Below, in pieces: positions 25,984-31,957 of a stretch of 34,383 bases of DNA (position 1 is its first letter; each line of letters opens with the position of its first letter). Below the pieces are notes generated by a model. It was not told the origin of the DNA and did no database searches. It saw only the letters and a list, made by a program, of their open reading frames with translations. The stretch spans positions 1 through 34,383 of the forward strand of contig JAFGQJ010000087.1 of NCBI GenBank assembly GCA_016935715.1. Reading direction: 5' to 3'. The stretch is from Spirochaetales bacterium. GTDB taxonomy: Bacteria > Spirochaetota > Spirochaetia > SZUA-6 > DRHE01. Position numbers and translations under genes: made by a program.

Positions 25984-26091
25984 TGTTTTGCCTCCTGATA
26001 CAAGTCTACTCGATACAGGCAAAGAAACAAGAGAAAATATTCGAAAGGTGCGCTATACTAGTAGCAACGCTAAAGCTACGAGGAGGAACCC
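25984..26091. promoter_or_regulatory. Divergent promoter/operator region of the FHA-kinase cluster
   Basis: 108 bp, noticeably less GC-rich than the flanks. Contains direct repeats GATACA at 25997-26002 and 26012-26017, inverted repeat TTTGCCT (25987-25993) / AGGCAAA (26017-26023), a TATACT -10-like hexamer at 26054-26059, and AGGAGG ribosome-binding sites for both divergent genes. Confidence 0.35.
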
Positions 26092-26622
26092 ATGGGCGAG
26101 TACCTGGATCAAATTCCGGCGGAAGTGCAGGATCATATTCGGCAGATAACCAAATCCTCGGGTTTGCCGGACTCCGAGGAATCCGTGGAAATGATCGCCA
26201 AGGGCTGGCTGGAGAAGAAGGAGCTGTTCGAAAACCAGCTGGAGGAGATGGACATGGAGGAGGTGGAGGAGATGGACCGGGAGGACGAGCAGGGCTGCCT
26301 GGCCATGACCTACTCCGGATCGCTTTTGAACGTCGGTCCGATGATCGAGGGAAGCCGCACCGTCCAGTACGCCAGCATCGGACTGCGCCAGGACGTGCCG
26401 GAAACGGCCAGCAAGGAAGGCTCCAGCCTGGCCAGCGACGTGCAGGTCGGAGAGCCGGTGAGCTTCTCCCCCGGACCCATCCAGAGCTCCTCCCCGATCT
26501 TCAAGATCGCCGTGACCACCGGGGACCTGGAGCCGGAGGAGCAGGAAGAGAGAATCACCAAAGCCACCATGATTCTGGCCGAAGGATTCGTCGAGGTGAA
26601 CAAGGACCTCGATTTGGAGTAG
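26092..26622 (+). CDS. Stand-alone 'domain X' protein, paralogue of the N-domain of 24755..25621
   Basis: 176 aa, with AGGAGG 5 nt upstream of the ATG. A gapless hand alignment to the HU-fusion N-domain gives about 79 identities over ~165 positions (e.g. ITKSSGLPDSEES/ITRSSGLPDTEES, WLEKK, DMEEVE, YSGSL, YASI.LR.DVP, KIAV, PEEQE.RI..AT). Confidence 0.7.
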   Translation: MGEYLDQIPAEVQDHIRQITKSSGLPDSEESVEMIAKGWLEKKELFENQLEEMDMEEVEEMDREDEQGCLAMTYSGSLLNVGPMIEGSRTVQYASIGLRQDVPETASKEGSSLASDVQVGEPVSFSPGPIQSSSPIFKIAVTTGDLEPEEQEERITKATMILAEGFVEVNKDLDLE

Positions 26623-26812
26623 AATCAAACTGATACTGGACGAACTTAGGCGGATCTACGCCCGCAGCGCTCCTCCGGAAGCGGAGGAGCTGCTAGAGGA
26701 AACACTGTCGACCATCGAGGTCCTGGACAACGAGCCTCAAGCCACCCGACCCCGCGACGCTCGGGACAGACCCGGCGGGCTGCTGTACCTGGATCCGGGC
26801 CTCCCCACGATC

Positions 26813-27658
26813 GTGGTACCGGATCTGCATGCCCGCATGGATCTGGTCCTGGCCGTGCTGGCGGAGGGAGCGGAGAGCGGCGCTGCGGCGGTGGACCGGC
26901 TGGCCGCCGGGGAGCTTCAAATTCTCTTTCTGGGTGACGCTTTTCACGCCGAAGGGCGGGCAGCCGCCCGCTGGCAGGCGGCGCTGGAGGAGTTCAAGGG
27001 GGGCTACCGCAAGCACGGCCACATGGATGCCGAGATGAGGGAAAGCCTCGGCGTGATGGAGATGGTGATGGCCCTCAAGCGCCGCTTTCCGCAGCACCTT
27101 CACTTCCTCAAGGGCAACCACGAGAACATCGCCAATGAGCAGGGCGGAGGCAACTATCCCTTCCTCAAGTTCGCCAATGAAGGGTTGATGGTGCGCATCT
27201 ACATGGATCACTTCTATGGTGAGAAGACCCTCGAGGCCTACTCCGAGCTGGAGAAGAGCTTCCCGGTCCTGGCTGTCGGGGGGAACTTCCTCGCCTCCCA
27301 CGCCGAACCGGCGTGGTTCATTCCGAGGGAGGAGGTAATCGAGTACCGCAGGATACCCCAGGTGGTGTACGGGTTGACCTGGACCGACAACGGCGAGGCG
27401 GAGCCGGACAGCGTGGAGCGGATGCTGGAACACTACCTGGGGCCGGAAGCCGGCGCCGACGCCTTCCATTTCGGGGGCCACCGCCCGGTGCGCGGCGGCT
27501 ACAACCTCCGCTCCGGCGGCCGCTACGTTCAGATCCACGATCCGGACCGCTACGTCGTGGCCGTGCTGCCGGCGCTCGTTCCCATCGACCTGGACCGGGA
27601 CATCCGGGAACTGGACCCGGAGGCATACAAGAAACTGATCCTGGAACCTGACCAATGA
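26813..27658 (+). CDS. Divergent calcineurin-like metallophosphoesterase (PPP-like Ser/Thr phosphatase candidate); the true start is probably upstream of the track start
   Basis: Motifs appear in the PPP order: VVPDLHA (D.H), FLGDAFHAEG (GD), LKGNHENI (GNHE), LASHAEP (H), FGGHRPV (GH). The stop overlaps the kinase ATG (ATGA). The GTG at 26813 is the second Val of TIVVPDLHA, and the frame is open back to 26600. Confidence 0.7.
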   Translation: MVPDLHARMDLVLAVLAEGAESGAAAVDRLAAGELQILFLGDAFHAEGRAAARWQAALEEFKGGYRKHGHMDAEMRESLGVMEMVMALKRRFPQHLHFLKGNHENIANEQGGGNYPFLKFANEGLMVRIYMDHFYGEKTLEAYSELEKSFPVLAVGGNFLASHAEPAWFIPREEVIEYRRIPQVVYGLTWTDNGEAEPDSVERMLEHYLGPEAGADAFHFGGHRPVRGGYNLRSGGRYVQIHDPDRYVVAVLPALVPIDLDRDIRELDPEAYKKLILEPDQ

Positions 27659-29577
27659 ACGGCAAACCGAAAAAGTCAGCCGGCACGGGCCGAAAGGTCG
27701 GCAAGTACACGATCCTCTCGAAGATCGCCCAGGGCGGAATGGGTTCGGTGTACAAGGCCAAGCATCCCACCCTGAAGCGTTACGTGCTGCTCAAGAAGCT
27801 CACCCTGAAGGGCGGCCCGCAGTTTACCGAACGATTCCGGCGGGAAGCCCGCATCATGATGGACTTCAAGGACGATCACATCGTACAGGTCTACGATCAC
27901 TTCAAGGAGGGCTCCTCGTACTACATAGCCGAGGAGTTCGTCGACGGCGTGTCCCTCGAGCAGCTGATCAGGCGGGAGCGCTACCTGTCCAACGAAGCCG
28001 CCGCCCTGATCTTCTACGAGGTATGCAGGGGACTGCAGCACGCCCACGAAAAAGGCGTGATCCACAGGGACATGAAGCCGGGCAACATTCTCATCTCCAA
28101 CCAGGGGGAGGTCAAACTGGTCGATTTCGGCATCGCCACTTCCCTCCAGGACAGCGAGGAGGGACTGACCCGGGACGGGATGACCCTGGGCACGCCCTCC
28201 TACATCCCTCCGGAGCAGATCGACAACGCCAAGAGCGTGGACAGGAGAGCCGACATCTATTCCCTGGGGGTGGTGCTCTACGAGATGCTCACCGGCAAGA
28301 CTCCCTTCCCGGGCAGCTTCACGGCGGAGACCATCGCCCTGATTCACAAGGGCAGATACACCCCGCCCAAGAGGCTCAACCCGAAGATCGCACCGGCTCT
28401 GGCGAAGATCGTGGCCAGGTCCATGCGGCCGAACCGGCGCCGGCGCTTCCAGGACCTGCGACAGATCGTCCGCCGCCTGGAGAGGAGGATCAAACGCCGG
28501 GACCCGGCCACGATCAGGAGAGCGCTCAAACGGGTTATCCAGGGCAGGGAGATCGGTGACGTCTACAGGCCCAGGCGCTCCTGGGCGTTCTGGTTGTTCA
28601 CCGGCCTGTTCCTGGCCGCCCTGCTCGCCGCCGGCGGGTACTACCTGTATCTGAAGGGCTACCACTACGAGATCATCCAGCCCGACAGGTACGGGTCTCT
28701 GGTCGTTTCCACCCGGATCCCCGCCTCCTACAAGGACCCGAAGGACATCTACATCGCCTCGGTGCTGTACCGGGAAACCGAAGGGGAGCTGGTACGCATC
28801 GAGGAGCCGGGCCTGCGTTTTCGGGTCCGGGAGATCGCCGAACGGGCAGCGGGGCAGGAAGACAGCTACTTCCTCGAGTCCGAGCGGGTCTACCTGGCCA
28901 CGGGCCGCTACCGGCTGAAGGTGAACCTGGAAGGCCAGCTGCACTGGCGTTCCTTCTTCCTGGGCTCCCGAACCTACCAGAAGCAGCACCTGGACACCGC
29001 TTCCGGGAAGCGCCTGGAGATCCGGCTGGAACAGACACCGCCGCTTCCGCTGGAGGTTCGCTGGGAGGTGAGGGATATCCGCAGCGGTGATGACCTGAGC
29101 GATTCCGCGCTCCTGTCCGTGTTTCTCACCGACCGCTGGGTCCGCTGGAACCCGAGGATCGCCGCGTCCCTGACCACCGGTGCGAGCTATCGGTTCCGGG
29201 TCGAGCATGACGGCTACTACCCCCAAAGCTTCAACCTGCTGATCAAGGCATACCAGCCGCTGCTGCAGCTGGACGCGGAGCTGATCCCCTACCCGGGAAC
29301 GGTTTCGATCGAATCCGATGCGGAGGGGTTGCAGCTCCTGCTCGATGATTCCCCCTCCTATCTCAGCGGCGGCCGGGAGAGGGTCTACCGGTCCCTGGAG
29401 CCGCTGGAAGCGGGAAGCCGGCAGCTGGTCCTGGATCCGGGGGAGTACATTCTGACTGTGAAGAGGGACGATCGCCTGTCCCGCAGCCTGCCGGTTATCG
29501 TCATCTCTGGGCGCACCGTGCGGGTGGACGTCCGCTACGACGGTGCCGCCAGGAAGCTCGAGGTCACGCTGAAATGA
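27655..29577 (+). CDS. Hanks-type Ser/Thr protein kinase with one TM helix and a ~320-aa extracytoplasmic beta-rich (PEGA-like) region
   Basis: 640 aa. Gly-loop IAQGGMGSVY, catalytic Lys in YVLLKKL, HRDMKPGNIL, DFG, GTPSYIPPE. TM helix WAFWLFTGLFLAALLAAGGYYLY. The C-terminal part has PEGA-like strands (GTVSIESDAEGLQLLLDD...LDPGEYILTVKRDD). Confidence 0.9.
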   Translation: MNGKPKKSAGTGRKVGKYTILSKIAQGGMGSVYKAKHPTLKRYVLLKKLTLKGGPQFTERFRREARIMMDFKDDHIVQVYDHFKEGSSYYIAEEFVDGVSLEQLIRRERYLSNEAAALIFYEVCRGLQHAHEKGVIHRDMKPGNILISNQGEVKLVDFGIATSLQDSEEGLTRDGMTLGTPSYIPPEQIDNAKSVDRRADIYSLGVVLYEMLTGKTPFPGSFTAETIALIHKGRYTPPKRLNPKIAPALAKIVARSMRPNRRRRFQDLRQIVRRLERRIKRRDPATIRRALKRVIQGREIGDVYRPRRSWAFWLFTGLFLAALLAAGGYYLYLKGYHYEIIQPDRYGSLVVSTRIPASYKDPKDIYIASVLYRETEGELVRIEEPGLRFRVREIAERAAGQEDSYFLESERVYLATGRYRLKVNLEGQLHWRSFFLGSRTYQKQHLDTASGKRLEIRLEQTPPLPLEVRWEVRDIRSGDDLSDSALLSVFLTDRWVRWNPRIAASLTTGASYRFRVEHDGYYPQSFNLLIKAYQPLLQLDAELIPYPGTVSIESDAEGLQLLLDDSPSYLSGGRERVYRSLEPLEAGSRQLVLDPGEYILTVKRDDRLSRSLPVIVISGRTVRVDVRYDGAARKLEVTLK

Positions 29578-29599
29578 AGGCCAATAACGGGAGGTGTCT

Positions 29600-30496
29600 A
29601 TGAGCACGGGAGTGCGCAGATTGATCTTGCTGTGTCTCGGAATACTGGGCGGGGCGGCTGCCTGGCCGCTGGCCGAGCTGGTCGTGGCCTCTCAGGCCCG
29701 CTTCCCCTCGTACCTGTTTTTCATCGCAGTTCTGGGTGCGGCCGTGGGGATGCTGATGGGCGCGTTTTTCGGGTCCGCCGCGGGGATTTTCGCCCGGGTC
29801 GGATCGAGGATCGTTGCCGGCATGCTCGTCGGCGCCCTCGTCGGCCTGATCGGAGGCCTCGTCGGGCTGCTGATCGGACAGGCGGCGCTGTTCCTGATCG
29901 GCGGCCTGTTTCTCGGTCTCGACTCGTACAGAAGCTTCCAGACGATAGGGCTTCCGATCGCCCGGGCGGTGGGCTGGGCCTTCCTGGGAGTATTCGTCGG
30001 GGCGGCCGAAGGCCTGAGGGCCGGCTCGGGCAAGAAGATCGGCATCGGCCTGATCGGCGGTCTGATCGGCGGTTTGATCGGCGGAGCCGTCCTGGAGTAC
30101 TCCCGCCTGTATCTCCCCCCGGCCCTGCCCTCCCGGCTGATCGGCCTGATCGTTCTGGGGCTGGCCATCGGCCTGTTCTACGGGATCATCGAGCGCAGCA
30201 TGGCCTTCGGAACCCTGAGGGTTCTGAACGGCCGTCTGAAGGGTAAGGAGTTCATCCTCAACGAAGGACGGGTCCGAATCGGCCGCGCCCGGCGGAACCA
30301 GATCACCCTGGAGCCCTATGAGAACCTGGCGGACCGCCAGGCCCAGATCCGCTTCCGCAAGGGGGAAGCGGTGCTGACCAACCTGGAGCCGAAGCATCCG
30401 GTGCTGGTCAACGACCGGCCGGTCACGGAACAGCGCCTCAAGTACGAGGATGTCCTGAAGATCGGCTCGGCCAAGCTTTTCTACCAGTACGAGTAG
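29600..30496 (+). CDS. Polytopic glycine-zipper membrane protein with C-terminal cytoplasmic FHA domain
   Basis: ATG 29600 has GGGAGG 5 nt upstream (the track starts at GTG 29594). About 6 Gly/Ala/Leu-rich TM helices (GMLVGALVGLIGGLVGLLIG, GLIGGLIGGLIGG), then an FHA-like region LRVLNGRLKGKEFILNEGRVRIGRARRNQITLEP....VLVNDRPV. Confidence 0.8.
   Translation: MSTGVRRLILLCLGILGGAAAWPLAELVVASQARFPSYLFFIAVLGAAVGMLMGAFFGSAAGIFARVGSRIVAGMLVGALVGLIGGLVGLLIGQAALFLIGGLFLGLDSYRSFQTIGLPIARAVGWAFLGVFVGAAEGLRAGSGKKIGIGLIGGLIGGLIGGAVLEYSRLYLPPALPSRLIGLIVLGLAIGLFYGIIERSMAFGTLRVLNGRLKGKEFILNEGRVRIGRARRNQITLEPYENLADRQAQIRFRKGEAVLTNLEPKHPVLVNDRPVTEQRLKYEDVLKIGSAKLFYQYE
30050..30085 (+). repeat. 3 x 12-bp in-frame tandem repeat (ctgatcggcggt / ctgatcggcggt / ttgatcggcgga) encoding (LIGG)3
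   Basis: Read directly from the sequence, inside the TM-FHA gene. The first two units are identical and the third has 2 mismatches. Confidence 0.8.
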
Positions 30497-30511
30497 AGGA
30501 GGCTCTGTACC

Positions 30512-31915
30512 ATGAAACGAATAATAACAGCGGCGGCCCTGATCCTGTTCGGCTCTGCGACTCTCTCCGGCTACAACGTACGCCTGTCCCAGATCGATGC
30601 CTCCCGGCTGCTGCTCAGCCAGACCGTTCGGCTGTACGTCAGCGTCACCGACGATCTGGGCGTGCCGGTTGACCGGCTGGAGCAGGGAAGCTTCACGATC
30701 TTCGAGTCCCCCGATGGCCTGGAGTTCCGCAGAATCGAGGGACTGACCGAGTTCAAGCCCCGGGCCGCCTCGGCCGATGGGATCAGCTTCCTGCTTCTCA
30801 TCGACAACTCGGGGAGCATGTACGACACCCTGGACGGGCGTCCCACCGAGGAGGCGGGGCGCATGCGCATCACCCATGCCAGGAACGCGGTGCGCACCTT
30901 CCTGGGCAGCATGACCCAGCCCAGGGACACGGTAGGCCTGGCGTCCTACAATACTTCCTACACCCGGCTGGCCGCCCCCTCGGGGGACAAGGCTCGGCTG
31001 GCCGGCTTCCTCGACGGCATCGAGAGGCCGGACCCGGAGCAGGCTTACACGGAGCTGTACGCAGCCCTGACCCTGGGGGTGGAGGATTTCGAAGGCATCG
31101 GCGGGCGCAGGGCTATCATCATCCTCTCCGACGGAGAGAACTACCCCTACTTCGAACGTTCGGGCAAGCCCCATCCGAGCCACGGGACCAGGACCTACCG
31201 CTACACCGAGCCGATCCAGGCCTGTCAGGAGGCCGGCATCTCGGTGTACGCGGTGAATTTCGCCGCCCAGAAGGATCCCAACCTGGAGGCGATCGCCGTG
31301 GAGACCGGGGGCACCGTGTTCGACGCCCGCAGCCAGGAGGAGCTGGCCCGGGTCTACCAGCGCATCCACGAGCAGGTGGCCGGGGAGTACCTGATCGGCT
31401 ACCGGGCAACCATGGCGCCGGCGGAGCGCAAATTCGTGCGGGTGCAGGTGGAGCAGCAGGGCCGGCTGGATCAGGCCACGCGCTTCTACTTCTCCAGCAC
31501 CGTTTTCGGCCTTCCCCGCCGGCCTCTCAGCGCCCTCCTGATCATCCCCTTCGTGCTGGCCTTCGTTCTGCTCTGGCTGATCTCCCTGCTGAAATTCGAG
31601 AAGAAGAGGGGACCGGCGACCCTTGAGGTGCTCAAGACCAGGGTGGGCCGGGCCCAGACCAGGGTGATGCCCCTGGGCACGGCCAAGACCGTGATCGGCG
31701 GCAGCCGCAGCGCCGACCTGACGATCGTGGGCAACCCGAACGTCAGGGAACGGCACGCCACGGTGGTATACGACGCCAAGAAAAAGGCCTATACGGTGGT
31801 GGGTTCGGGGGACCTGACGGTCAACAACCGGCCGGTGAAGACCAAGGTGCTCGAGCCGGGGGATGTGATCGACGTGGGCGGGGCCACCATCGTGTTCGAC
31901 GACGGGGAGGTGTAG
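30512..31915 (+). CDS. Signal peptide, extracytoplasmic vWA domain, TM helix and cytoplasmic FHA domain protein
   Basis: 467 aa. Signal MKRIITAAALILFGSATLSG. MIDAS motif LLLIDNSGSM with downstream ...IILSDGEN. TM helix LSALLIIPFVLAFVLLWLISLL. C-terminal FHA-like region TVIGGSRSADLTIVGNPNVRERHATVVYD....LTVNNRPV. Confidence 0.85.
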   Translation: MKRIITAAALILFGSATLSGYNVRLSQIDASRLLLSQTVRLYVSVTDDLGVPVDRLEQGSFTIFESPDGLEFRRIEGLTEFKPRAASADGISFLLLIDNSGSMYDTLDGRPTEEAGRMRITHARNAVRTFLGSMTQPRDTVGLASYNTSYTRLAAPSGDKARLAGFLDGIERPDPEQAYTELYAALTLGVEDFEGIGGRRAIIILSDGENYPYFERSGKPHPSHGTRTYRYTEPIQACQEAGISVYAVNFAAQKDPNLEAIAVETGGTVFDARSQEELARVYQRIHEQVAGEYLIGYRATMAPAERKFVRVQVEQQGRLDQATRFYFSSTVFGLPRRPLSALLIIPFVLAFVLLWLISLLKFEKKRGPATLEVLKTRVGRAQTRVMPLGTAKTVIGGSRSADLTIVGNPNVRERHATVVYDAKKKAYTVVGSGDLTVNNRPVKTKVLEPGDVIDVGGATIVFDDGEV

Positions 31916-31924
31916 GCGCCTGGA

Positions 31925-31943
31925 TCGGGTCGAAACGACCCGA
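31925..31943 (+). terminator. Stem-loop tcgggtcg-aaa-cgacccga at the end of the kinase/FHA/vWA operon (no U-tract)
   Basis: Perfect 8-bp GC-rich stem with a 3-nt loop, 10 nt after the vWA-FHA stop. No T-run follows it, so it is not a canonical intrinsic terminator. Confidence 0.3.
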
Positions 31944-31957
31944 CGGAATGCGCATCG

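Noticed and set aside
26597-26625. Programmed +1 frameshift joining the domain-X ORF to the phosphatase frame
   Set aside because: I could not see a recognisable slippery or stall motif (such as CUU-UGA-type) in the 23-nt overlap. It stays as an alternative in the start-codon finding, but non-canonical or coupled initiation, or a sequence error, seems more likely.
27676-31756. Very long minus-strand ORFs 27676..29607 (643 aa) and 29564..31756 (730 aa)
   Set aside because: They lie antisense to the kinase, TM-FHA and vWA-FHA genes, all of which have strong family motifs and ribosome-binding sites. The minus-strand translations are low-complexity (R/G/P/D/Q/H runs) with no domain signatures.
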